Shown here in pieces: positions 1-11,997 of a stretch of 53,318 nt of DNA. Position numbers and translations under genes: made by a program. The stretch is from Polymyxa betae A26-41 (taxonomy: Eukaryota > Protista > Endomyxa: Phytomyxea): the NCBI GenBank assembly GCA_003693705.1, contig RBZT01000593.1, positions 1 through 53,318 of the forward strand. Reading direction: 5' to 3'. Position 1 is the first letter of the stretch; the number at the start of each line of letters is the position of its first letter. Below the pieces are notes generated by a model. That model was not told the origin of the DNA. It did no database searches and saw only the letters and a program-made list of their open reading frames with translations.

Positions 1-70
1 CTCTTGTCGTCTTGTTAGTTTCCCCTCATTCAATCAGAAATACTCGCCCAGATTTCGGTATTGTAATAAC

Positions 71-349
71 TTATGAAATTTCATAATCGCTTTTACATTC
101 AATATCTACGAAATACAACTTTACGAATTGGTTATATTCTTCATCATATCTTTTGGCAATCTTCTCTTTATAATTTTTTTCCTTTATTAATTTATAACAT
201 TTCCCAATGATAATACTTTTGCCATCTACAAAATCAATAAAATTAAACTCGTTTTCAAATACTTCTGCCACATTCTCAACCGATTTAAAAAATGATTTCT
301 TGAATGAGACCTTGTATAGTATTTTTTCTTTATAACTGATAATTTCCAT
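71..349 (-). CDS. AT-rich intronless hypothetical protein (92 aa), compositionally foreign (possibly viral or other horizontally acquired DNA)
   Basis: ORF rich in K/E/F/I/Y with strongly A/T-ending codons, unlike neighbouring host genes; no introns; no recognised domain. Confidence 0.4.
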   Translation of the reverse strand: MEIISYKEKILYKVSFKKSFFKSVENVAEVFENEFNFIDFVDGKSIIIGKCYKLIKEKNYKEKIAKRYDEEYNQFVKLYFVDIECKSDYEIS

Positions 350-386
350 ATTAAAATAATAATTTAAATAAAATTATTATTTTAAT
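350..386. repeat. Perfect 16-bp AT-rich inverted repeat (5-nt loop) abutting the ATG of the 92-aa ORF
   Basis: attaaaataataattt (350-365) + aaata + aaattattattttaat (371-386). Confidence 0.85.
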
Positions 387-650
387 CTTGAATTGTATGG
401 TATATAAATTATTTACCCAAAACTAAACCAGATGCTCAGTTTAGCCTCGAACTGCTGTCCACGAACCGCCCACTATTAATAACTTATATCGATTGCATAC
501 TATCTATTTACAAGTAGTTATGTATTGTATTCATCCTACTACGGAAGGTAGGACATCACATTTGAGTTTTTTGGTTTTGGATTGATAGGAAAACCATCAA
601 AGAAGTCGGCTAGTTAATCAATACAATTTGATTTTTAGAATAACTGAAGC

Positions 651-1210
651 ATGAATGCTGTTTGCATATTGAGTAGTACAGAGTACTGTAAGGCTGATTT
701 ACTGAGGCAAGTCGATCTATTCACTTGGAATACATTACATCCTGGAAAACCCGTTTGTCTGAATTTCTAAGAAATCATTTAAACTTCTTCTGACCGCTTA
801 ATATATAGTGACAAGGAAGAAATTCTAGAGGGAAATGGATCACAATTTGTAACTAGGTCGGTGATGTTATCACATCAAGTGCGAGTCAAGCGAGCTATAT
901 GGCGCTGCTGGCAGTTCGGTATGAAAGAAGTCGAGCTGGTTCTTGGCAATTGGGCTGATCGTAATGCACCGTCTCTTGATTCTAATGGATTACAGAATCT
1001 CGAAGCTATTCTTCGTAAGATAATATTCTGCTTGTCGTAAATACTGACACTGATTCGGGTTTAACAGAAGAGAATACAGCAGATATGTTCAGCTGGATTA
1101 ATGGAAATCAAGTGCCTCCAGACCATGTTCGTCAGAATCCTGTCTTTACCAACCTATTAGACTTTTCTCGATCAAGTGTTCCCAAAACTATGAACAGTCA
1201 ACTTCATTGA
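651..1210 (+). CDS. SDHAF2: Succinate dehydrogenase assembly factor 2 (Sdh5/SdhE flavinator)-like, spliced; 5' exon uncertain
   Basis: Absent from the ORF track. Manual translation of 809-1014 + intron gtaag...ttaacag (1015-1067) + 1068-1210 gives RVKRAIWRCWQFGMKEVELVLGNWADRNAPSLDSNGLQNLEAILQENTADMFSWINGNQVPPDHV...LH*, matching the Sdh5 pattern (KR.x.R...GMxE.D/EL.L..W/F...D.F.W..G..xPP). Confidence 0.7.
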
Positions 1211-1229
1211 ACTGTTTGACTATTTACAT

Positions 1230-2953
1230 TTAATGAAAAAGCATTCCTGCTGCGAGGTCAACATTTCCATTACAGGCTTCTAATGCGCTGATAGCTTGCT
1301 CTCTTGTGAATCCCAAACCCATTAATGTGCTAATATCATCCTCTTTCACTCGAGCAGAATTCGCTGGAGGGGGTGCTGAGGAAGGCAATATTTGAGAGCC
1401 AGAAGTTGGAGCATGGAGCATTCCTGAGCTACTCGCTGTCGGTGTCCCAGAGGCCGATTTTTGCTCTTCTTCGAACTGTAGCGCGGTTTCAGGGAGCTCC
1501 TAAACGAACAACTGATCATTAGTAAAAGCATTTGGAATGAGACAAATCATTGACATGTTCTTTCAGAAATGGCATCTCGTCTTCTCCAATTCGGAGACAA
1601 TCTTTTTCCAAATCAATACACATTCGATGCTTTTTAAGCATGTCTAATCCCCACTGAACTCGACGTTAGATGTAGATTATACATAGTAATCCTAGCTATT
1701 AATACTAAGAAATCGATATGAAGACTATCTAATACACTGAGTGTGACCGCCAAATAATGTGACCCGAGCTGAATTTCAACATAATGAATCTGAGAACACA
1801 TACAATCATCATTGTTATAGGATTCAAAACCTCTTATCACATACCCGACCGACGATATTGCTGGTTCCAGCGCCACGAGCCACACCTGCGAAACGCCTGT
1901 CCAGCAGATGAACGATTCCAAGACGTTCCGCGCATTGCAACGACATGCTGAGAATAACTCAATCCTCAATTCGCTCCATAAACATAAATGTAATATACAC
2001 GGTCGATTGAGCTCCCGAATCCACCAAGGCGGTCACCTCTTTATTACCCAGACGAAGGTTCACATAAAGCATACACACCTAAACAATTTGTTTGATGCCA
2101 AATAACTTGCAATCAAAGTTGGCTGAACCTTGGAGAATGCTTCTGGGTTGTGTTCGAATGCAGCTTCTAAATTCCTTTGTATATTGGCTTGACGAATCTC
2201 CTAAAAGCAGCGAATATAAGAGCTACTATCATTTCTACAATAGATTCGGAACTTGTTCAATCATTCGTTGATTCTCCTCATTTAAAGGATCTGCTTCTAA
2301 AGCCGCTAAACGTTGAGCTTCCTAGAGACAAATATAAAAATAAAGAAAGTTGCTGCCTTGAACGTTACCTGTACCCGCTGCTGCATAATCATTCTCTGCT
2401 GTTGGATTACCAAATTCTGAAGAGCAATCAGCGAAATGCAAAGCTCAAAGAGGTTTTCGACCTCAAACTCGCTCGTGTTGTCACTCAATGCTGCATGCAA
2501 TAGCGCGGGATTGGTCTAAACATATCGTCAATACTGAATGTTAGACAGCATCGTTGCTATACACGGTTGAGCTCATTCTGAAGCTGAGCATTGTTTTTGA
2601 TCTGATTTCTTAGAGATTGAGCCTGTGCTCTCAACATATCTTCTCCCGAATGCAACATTGAAGGTTGCCTTATGATCTCAGCTTGGAGAAGATCTTCACA
2701 AAAGTAAACAGGTAGGCTGCTCCCAATTGTAAACGCCATTACCGTTGTTGTTAACGTCGATAGCGTTAAGGCGGTCGTTATCGTTTAGTAAACGCCCATT
2801 AAAGTTCAGACTGAGAGATGCAGCAGAAATTCCCCATTGAGCTTCCAGAATGGTCTTGATATCGCTGATTTTCTGATCGTGTTGAACATAAAAAGAGGCA
2901 ATGAGATTGGAATCGTCCTGCATCACAACAGTGATGGGGAATGACTGCGACAT
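1230..2953 (-). CDS. DDI1: DNA damage-inducible protein 1 (UBL + retroviral-like aspartic protease + UBA), multi-exon
   Basis: N-terminal ubiquitin-like exon (2696-2953); catalytic [10 protein letters not shown] (DSGA at 2010-2021, - strand); [13 protein letters not shown]...IDFL; C-terminal [36 protein letters not shown]. Confidence 0.92.
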
Positions 2954-3160
2954 GCCTTAACGAGACAGAATACAGTGGTGGTGATTAGATTGTGAGATAT
3001 GAATCTAATTGTTATCTCAACAAACACTACGGATTGTCACAGAGATCTATGATGTAACATTACATTCTGACATGGGCTAATCCACCTAAGACTAATCATC
3101 ATCACAATGATTATCAAAATAGCATAGCCTTAGTTTATTGCAGCTGCCTCCATTGCTTGA

Positions 3161-6100
3161 TTACGATAGGCGAGGAGCAGGATCCTCAACAAAAGGAATG
3201 TTGATTGGGATGAAACTGAGCCCGTTAATGACAGGAATGATATCATAGTCACTACCAGCCGAAAACCCGGCTAATCTGTACAATTCTACAATGTTGACCT
3301 CATTTAACAACATCATGTCAGTTGAACGAGGATTTTGTGTTGTTGGAGTAGCAGCTTCGTTAACTGTGATTTGAATTTGCCCATATTGGTTACCTGCTAG
3401 AGCAGGATTGCATGATCGAGCATATCTCTCGAGCCTTTCATAGAGCGAGTTTAAAATACCATCATTGATATACCCTGCCTTCAATCCCAAATAAGATTTA
3501 CGCCCCAGAATTCCAGTTGCCTTTAGACGTTGGATTAATTGTTCCCGAGACATGACTGTGTAGCAGATTGACATTGAATTGAATGGGTCGAATTCAGCTT
3601 TGTGCGCTTTGACAGCATTTAAATCTTGGTTCCAAATCCAGAAATCATGCCAAAAGGTAAACCAGTATCCAGCAACTGGATGTGAATCAAAAAAGGCTAA
3701 CCTAACAAGACTTCATTCTTTCATGTAAAAAACGACAGCTTCCAGAAGTACTTTTGGTATAGCATTGCGAGATCATAAGAATGCTTAGATGGAAGCTGCT
3801 GTAATAAAGGGTTTCGCTCACATTGTTGCAAGCATCCCGTCAAAGCATATTGGCTGATATAATCGTTATTGTAGATAAAGTACTGACAGAATAGTCAGAT
3901 TGGTCTAATAGCAGAATCCTTCATGTATAGTTCATTACCCAAAAAGCATATGACATGACAGATTCCTTTCGGTTAAAATCCGACAACCTGAAAGCCCTAT
4001 ACCGATCCATGAGGCTATTAACAGCATTAAGAGAATTAAGTCGGTCAGGTTCGTTCTTGATCCAATTATTGAATAAAAATCTGACAAAATTGACAGAGAC
4101 AGGGTCGTTTACATCAAGACGGTAATCATGAGTAATACCCTAAAACACAGCAATCATTTTTCAGTCCAAATGCTTGTAAAGATAAGGACCAGTTCTAAGG
4201 ACGACAGACAATGGGTCTCATTAGTCCAATGTTTTCCTTCATAATCGACACCAGAACCATCATGATAGCAAAGAGATGGTCGAAATCCATGCGATACATT
4301 TAGTTTCTGTCCAGTGACGGGATCAACCCATTCAGCATCATCTTCTTGTGCAACAGTGAAAATCCCTAAGTTTATATGACATCTAGATAATGAAAATAAT
4401 GGCAGAATACTCACCATTCTTGAATGTAAATAGAACATTAACGGTATATGATTCAGTTCGGGTTTTTCCATTCGAGTCTGTTCTCGTTCTAGTTTTGGTC
4501 TTTTGTTTCGTGCATTGGTAGAAGTGGTACACGTTGGATCCATGCATGGCGCGAAGCATTCGTCGGACCTGACCTTAATTAACAAACCGCTATCAGAATC
4601 TGTTTCATTTACATGTCTTCGACGCATGACTTCTGGTGATAAGTTCATGGCAACAAAATTAGCCAATTGAGCCATAGATTCGGCTTGATCTCGAGCTACA
4701 CCGTTCACAATAGGCGATAAACTAAAAACTGTCTCTTCCTTGGCATCATCAAACACCATCACAACGGTAAACGGAAACGGGACGACATAAGCCCTTCCAA
4801 AATGTGTTGATGAAGTTGATGGGTTTGTCAACCGAGTTTTAGCATTTGTACCCAACTTATAGTTAGATGGAGCCTCAACAACACCATCCCAGAATACATC
4901 AAGTCCACAAATATATCTTGTGATCAATGCAATATCCCGAAGCAGACCTGAATCTGGCTGATGTCGCATATCGATTGCGGCCGCTATATCAGCACGATAT
5001 GAATCAAGCGATTCATGCTGACAGATTGTTATGTTTTCACGATGGCGCTCACAAATCGTGCCTTGAAATCCAAGTAGAAATGGGGGCGAGTTACCATATT
5101 TGTAATCGAGCTGGATCGGACGATACTCCCCTTTGTTCTTTGCTTGGTCTGGGAGACGATATTCAGTGTCTCTAAAGTTGTCATCAGGAGAGGTCAATCG
5201 ATAGAGCTGTAGACTAACTGGGCGAACAGAACGTCCCAGAATTCGTGCCAAATCCGAAGCTTACGAGCTTTTCGAAGCGAAAGAGCATCGTGAAAGACCA
5301 ACCATGTGGAATCATGTTTAGTCAATTTTCTGAGTTGAACTGTTTTTCAGAAATGAACGGAAAAGCAACCCGATTTTTCACTTACATCTGCTGTCGAAAA
5401 TTTCGAATTACAATCTGAACTGGTCCGATGGATTCGACAACCATAACGAAAGCGGCAATAAAGGCAATCGCTGATATTATTTGAGCTATTATATCGAAAG
5501 CTATCGTAGACGAATCGGTTTGACTAGATATTAACCCGATAACAGCGACAAATAGAATCGCAAACCTGTTGATTGTATCGAGCATATCGTCACGACTATG
5601 AATTTAGCTGAGTTTTCACAGAATCACGAAATCACAAAGTATCACTAACGAGCTCAGATAGGGTTTGGTTTTCCAGCACCAAAACGCTATCATATGATCA
5701 GTAAGAGTGATTTCAAATACAATTAAATTACCATAGACCCCCAAAATAAAGATCGTGATGATCGACTGAAAGAGAAGCAAGCGAGATATTGAGCTCATGC
5801 CAACGTTATGTCCAACTTCATTGTTTGCAACCATGATGGCAGTGGGTAGTACGACCAGCGTTTTCATCACCTGCATTCAACAGTTGTACAGAATGGGAAT
5901 AGTGTTTTATAAAGCATTACCATAACAGCAACTTTATGAAAGGCCCATTTGCGCTCATAAGGTTCAAATAGAGATTTGAAAGGACTTGTAGACGCTGCAA
6001 CGTCATCGAGACTGATAATCAATAAACACAGAGTATATTTGGAGTATGGCAAACCATACTAATTCTTATCAGTATATCCGCCTTCACGAGGCAGTCCTTC

Positions 6101-6989
6101 CTTATCGAAAAACGAAGGTTGTGGCATGTTGATGGTGATAATTCTATAGAAAAGTATCGGTGTTGGAATAGCAAATACTAACAGAGACAAGACAGCAATA
6201 AAGACTTCGAATCCATGAAATCCTTTATAGCATTGTGAAGAATTCGGGACGAATCGCGTATCGCAAGTAAGAACCTAGATATGGTATATCTTAATCTGTT
6301 ATGGTTGGATAAGCAACACAGATGCTTGCCTGTGCGACATCTCTAACGACAGGAAGAAACAGGGTAGTCAAGATTAATGTGAAAATTTTAATTCGGTTCT
6401 TGTCAACTTCACATAGGTTCAGTAAATGAAATTACAACAATCATTGGTTGCATACAGGAGCTAGCCATATTCCAAGACACAGTTTCTAAGCCGGATACCG
6501 AATCCTGAGGTTGGATTCTTTTCTGCAGTCGATAGAAACTGATGAAGATAACAATAGCAATGATACATTCGATAATATATATAGTGTTTGCTATAGTCGA
6601 TGCATTGGAATTGAACCAACATGAGAAACAGAATGAGAAAAACCCAGAGACTGATCCCCAAAATTTATAAAATCCTGGTGGGAATCTTACCCCTGTTAAA
6701 ACGTCAAATTGCATATAACCCTAACCCTAAAGACCAACAGATTACCATTTACTAAAACTGATACCTAAATCTCATTTAGCAGATTATATCTCACAACATC
6801 ATGTACTATTAGTACCATCTGCTGAAAATCTCTCATAATCTCAAATTTAACAACATCAAACAAGACTAATGCAGATGATGCTAATCCAGCCAATGCTGGG
6901 TATAGGTCCCTAGTTAATGGGACAATTTCCCCAGTTGCCTGACCAAAGTCCAGCTTGGCGTTGGCGATGGAGCGTACTGCCTCATCCAT
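3161..6989 (-). CDS. Uncharacterised large multi-pass membrane protein, many exons
   Basis: Chain of same-strand ORFs (6765-6989, 6409-6714, 5867-6052, 5616-5876, 5382-5585, 4154-5251, 3161-3574) separated by GT-AG introns; several hydrophobic helices (e.g. FEPYERKWAFHKVAVM; RFAILFVAVIGLI) followed by a soluble C-terminal region (HFGRAYVVPFPFTVVMVFDD). Confidence 0.65.
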
Positions 6990-7739
6990 TTACAGATGCT
7001 ATCTCGAAATAATTTAGAAAATGACAGAAAAAAAATGATTGTCGATTTCAGCCTGTGACGTGAAGAAAGCATTGATGACATGGAATGGTAATGATACAGG
7101 AAGACCAAAATGTAGATATCTACCTGGTACGGACACCATCACATTTGGAGATAAGTTCTTGTCAAGATACCAGTAACCGGATATCTTTCGAAGTTTATCC
7201 CAAATTTTGAACATTAACAAAATTCCGTGTAGCTGCCCTTGTCAGACCTGTATTCATTCTGACGTTCTCCATTTCCATCTCTGCTACTCACCCAGTGTAT
7301 CTCATTGCATATAAACCGTCTCCAGCCACGTCACCAAAAGGCTGCGCTGTTTCTCACAAATATGGCGGAAGGGCAAACAGGGTTCTCGAATCTATAGTCA
7401 TGTGCCATTGGCCCAGGGGGCGGGATATTGCCTGAAGACCGCTCTTGAAGCGGTGACTAAAGTAGTGGCTGCACAGACAGTAATGGCGAAACGCCCTCTT
7501 CTATAAGTTTGATAATGTTCGACCTGTCTGATGCATATCAGTCTACGTTATTGTAAAGTGAATAAGATTGTCATATTTACTATAATAATGGTTGTAAGTA
7601 CAATTAGTCACAAGTCTATGAATGCTCAATTTAACACCCTGACGTCATTCATTACATTTGATCGTTTAACTCGTCAATAAAACGAATAAGAGAGATTTTG
7701 CAACTACTGCGTGACAATCACCATTTCAAATTGCAATAG

Positions 7740-9520
7740 ATGACCAAGACAAAATCGGAATCCATTCTGCCTGCTCGCCTGAATCGACCTGATCTCGTCT
7801 CCACATGTAATATCTAATAGCTGCCAATGTGGTCGCTTTCTTATTCCATTAATTTTAGTATGTGGCCTAGCTGTGCCCGATTCTCATTCCTACACCGTCG
7901 CCGAATGTAATTTTTCTCTGATAGCAATTGGAAGACGGCAATCGCTGCTAAGCAAGCTCGATGCCAAATCGCTTTCATTGATAACAGATGGTGACGGCTT
8001 GCGATATCAACCGGTTCAATTGCCAGAATGCTTACTAGAAAACGCCAATCCTGGCGATTTTCAACCAATCTTCTCTGTTGATGAAGAAGGGAATCCGGTT
8101 GCTCTACCATCATCTTTCAACACAACCGGTGCTGTATTTTGCTGGCATCCTGTCCTGCCATGGATCGCTGTCGTTCTCCAGAATGGGACTCTGTGCATCT
8201 ATGATATCGAACAGAGATGCTGGCGTCCTATTTCATTGCAAAGAGATGATCAAGCGAACCCAATCGATGTTAAATTCTGCCCGATCCATCCAAACATTAT
8301 TGCTGTTCTTTGTCCTTCACAAGTCTGTTTGTGGCAGCTTTCACCAGGTTTGCTATCTATTTTCAATGCTTTAGCCAGTTATTAATCCACAATTGATAGG
8401 TCATAAAACAGCCTCGCTTCAGATTCTACGTCCTTCAACCTGGAAGCCGGCTTTCCCTGAGCAATATCGTGGGTCATTGAGCTTTAGCTCTTCCGGTCGT
8501 TATCTTGCTTTTGTCTGTGAGAATCAGCCATCCGTTGCTATTTGGGATCTGTCGTCAAGCATCAGCCCTCAGCATTGTGTGCTGAAACAACGATTAAAAT
8601 CACTTTCGTTTGTTCAGTTCTCTCCTAATGGTCGATATTTGGTATGTTTTGTTCAAATTGAATTGATCGTTTGAGCTTATTCCTGTAATAGGTTGCTCTG
8701 TCGTCCTCAATATGTCATTGTATGCTGTTTGCTGCATATTTTTTGAATGAATCCGAGACTGTTTCACAGATATATTATGGGATGCGATCACTTGGGAATG
8801 CATTAGATGGTCTGCAGGAGATTCTCCAGGATCAGCATTGGTATGGCATAATCGCGAGGATCTATTCCTTATGGCTCATTTGTCGTCGTCTTTAATTCAT
8901 TCGTAATATTGACTGGTACCTATTCCGCAAATGCTCATTTTGTCCTGTTTAGTATTAGAGTCTGCCCGGTGGAATGCAATACAGATTTCGATGCATTTCC
9001 TGAGGGGTTGCAGAATCGTCCTTGCTTTGGGGGCAATATTAAGGATATGGCATGGTCTCCAGACTGTCAACGCTTAGCACTGACGTTTACCAATGAACTC
9101 GACAGCTCAGCTTCTATCTCATCAAATTTAATTGCTATTCTTGCTACCAATGTCCAAAAGGATGAGCGAATTAAGTCTGTTATCAATTTATTATCGTTCC
9201 TGTTTTTGATAACCAGACTAATGTTGAATTTTAGATTCACTCCAATTGGGTTTATTCGTGGTCCTTCTTCACGTATTCCTCATGCCTTAAATTCTCCATC
9301 GCGAATAGAGTTTCGTCCATTCTATGATCATGGTGCTTTATTATCTGTGCTTTGGAGTCAAGGACAGATTACCTTCTATCCTTTGCTATATTCGGCAAAA
9401 AATTCTCTAAATTATCAGTCGACTCCAGGGAGATTTTCGAATTTATTACCTACACTAAATGAGAATGAAAATCGGTTATCTCCAGATAACCCGTCATTCA
9501 TGAATAAACCAATATTCTAA
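7740..9520 (+). CDS. AAAS: ALADIN (AAAS) WD40 nucleoporin
   Basis: FCWHPVLPWIAV, DVKFCP, LSFVQFSPNG, GGNIKDMAWSPDCQRLALTF, FTPIGFIRGP, GALLSVLWSQGQITFYPL are characteristic of ALADIN; putative ATG at 7740. Confidence 0.85.
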
Positions 9521-10021
9521 ATTACTGTTAATTTCAGTGGAATGACAATATCGGCCAAACAGCGTGGTCTGCGTGGATAGTGAGTCAGCGGGTTGCCAAT
9601 TAAAGGTCCCATAACGGTGTCAAGAAATGTTGCGGTTTTATCAGCGTTGATGGTTTGAGGTGTAAAATCATTAAGTCATTGCGGCCATGTTCTAGAGTCA
9701 CGTGAGGTATACATTCAATGCACTTTCACGCGCTACTTGAGCCGCTATATCAATCCGATCTTCTTAGACATACCACCTGGATTTAATGGTGTGTACTGTC
9801 ACCTGGGACCGAACAATTTTGTATGTCGCTGCTTATCATATTTAATTACATCAAATGAAAATCAATCAATTTCATATTGAGATTTGCCTGCTTGAAAACG
9901 TTTCGCTGTGTACTACTGACAATCATGTTGTGGTCCTTGGGTTTGTCATTAGAAAGAAACAATACTGTCCGTATGTTTTGATATTCGATCCTGTGCACTT
10001 CACAGTCATAGCGCTTCTTTA

Positions 10022-11794
10022 ATGCTGCAGCGACGTAATGACACACGAAATCAGTTGCTTGGCGGCTTACCGCCCTACAACAATTCATGGAGGCGAGCTC
10101 CGAGCGGCTTAAAACAAATCCAATTTGTCATTTTTGTTGTTGTGGTTATTATCTTCGGTACTTGTCTGGTCGCGGTTAACTATGAAGGTTCGCGTCCCCG
10201 AATGCAGCAAGAATTAGAACGGTATATTGGCAAGCTTCTACTGTGAAAAGAACTGACTTCGACAAAGTAAAAAAGTTATTGTGAATGGAAAAGCTAATTC
10301 AGCAATTCCACAGCCCATTGTCCCTAAAATTGCAGAAATTAAATCGCTAATAGGTTTGATGGCATGTAAAGTTTCTGTAATTGCATTTAAACTTGAATTC
10401 CTGAAGTGTAGATGGAAAGTCTTTGGCCGACAATCCTCGTGCTGAAATCGGCTCGCCTTTGAGCCGAGTTGCCGTTGTACTGGTTTGCAATAACCGTCCT
10501 GATTATCTCGAGCGGACGCTGGGCTCGATATCTTCTATATGGCGTTTCAACAATACGCTATCAAACGTCGAATTTTCTTTGATCTTCTCCCAAGATGGAA
10601 GTCATGTTGGCGTCACCAACATCATCGAAAGGTGAAGTTAGGAGTGGAATCATCCCCAGTTTGGCCTCGTTAACTGACTAATATAGGTTCATAAAGTCTT
10701 CTCCTCAAACGAAGCATATCAATTTCCATTACGATCCCAATTTATGGCAAGCAAAATACTCTGAACCATTCATGCAAAATCTGGCGGTTTATTACAGGAT
10801 TAGTGCTCATTATGACTTTATTTTTTCCAGCATAATGAAGGACAACGAAGATTTTAGTTATATTCTTTTGGTAGAAGGTTCAGCTGGTTTGACCTCAAAA
10901 GGTTCTCAACTTATGTTCATCTTAGACGATATGCTGCTCGCTCCCGATTTTTTTCATTACTTTGCTGCTGCATCAAAGTATCTTCAAAGATATAAGTCAG
11001 TACTTTGTGTATCCTCTTGGAACGATAATGGTCAAGAAGCCTTTGTCGAAGATCCAGGTAGTTCAATCGTTTAATCTCTATTTCATGGTTCAATGCTCCT
11101 CTTCAGGTGTTCTGTTTCGAACTGATGTCTTTCCTGGGCTGGGCTGGATGATCTCACGAGAAGTCGCGTTAGAACTCCTTGAAAAATGGCCTGCTGGTTT
11201 CTGGTGAGTAGGTTTTGCCTTTGACCCGCAAGTGTTTAATTGATAAAAGGGATGACTGGCTTCGTGATCCAGCACAACGGAAAGGAAGATCTTGTGTGTT
11301 TCCAGAAATAAATCGAGCGAAGACCTTTGGAAGTGAAGGTAGCAGTAAAGGAGAATTTTTTGATCAGGTCTGTTATTGCAACTTCAACGTTCAATGCACA
11401 TGATATTCCTGTTAGTATTTGGCGCCTATGCGGTTAAACAGCAAAAATGTTGATTGGATTCTTGAAGATAAGATGATATCTGTGTTTAATGAGTCCACTT
11501 ACAATGAAACTCTATGGCGTCAAGTCAACAATGCAACATCTATATCAATTGAGGATTTAACTAGAGTTTCGAGCGCTGGGTAATGTTAATTGGAAATAGA
11601 ATCTTGCATTAAAGCTTTACAGGGGAAATGGCATGTTTCGTATCGATTACAGAAGTGAATCCGAGTTCCAGATAATTGCTCAGCGATTAAACTGCATGCC
11701 AGACTGGAAATCAGGTATTCCACGAGCCTCCTATCAAGGAATTTCACAGTTGAGAATTCAAAAATCGCGACTGTTTCTGATCAAGAAAAATTGA
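10022..11794 (+). CDS. MGAT1: Alpha-1,3-mannosyl-glycoprotein 2-beta-N-acetylglucosaminyltransferase (GnT-I, GT13)
   Basis: Type II TM anchor; CNNRPDYLERTL, SQDG, YYRISAHY, E|DDMLLAPDFF, CVSSWNDNG, RTDVFPGLGWM, WPAGFW|DDWLRDPAQRKGRSCVFPE. Confidence 0.93.
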
Positions 11795-11997
11795 AGAGTT
11801 TATCGGTACATTTATTAATCAATACTAATGTATACATATCTGAATTCTGAAAACTGCATATCATTCTTTCTGAATGATATTTGGATATTAATCCGCATTA
11901 ATTCCGTTCAGTCATTTTATAGGGGCATAATTATATCCTATCTATCATTATCAGTTTCTATTGTCTCATCTAACGTCCTACATCTTGCCATTAAATC

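Noticed and set aside
6717-6730. Telomere-like aaccctaaccctaa
   Set aside because: Only two units, and it encodes LGLG within an exon of the membrane-protein gene.
9540-10000. Intergenic region examined for a snRNA/snoRNA/RNase P gene
   Set aside because: No recognisable conserved boxes or helices by eye; an Infernal/Rfam scan would be needed.
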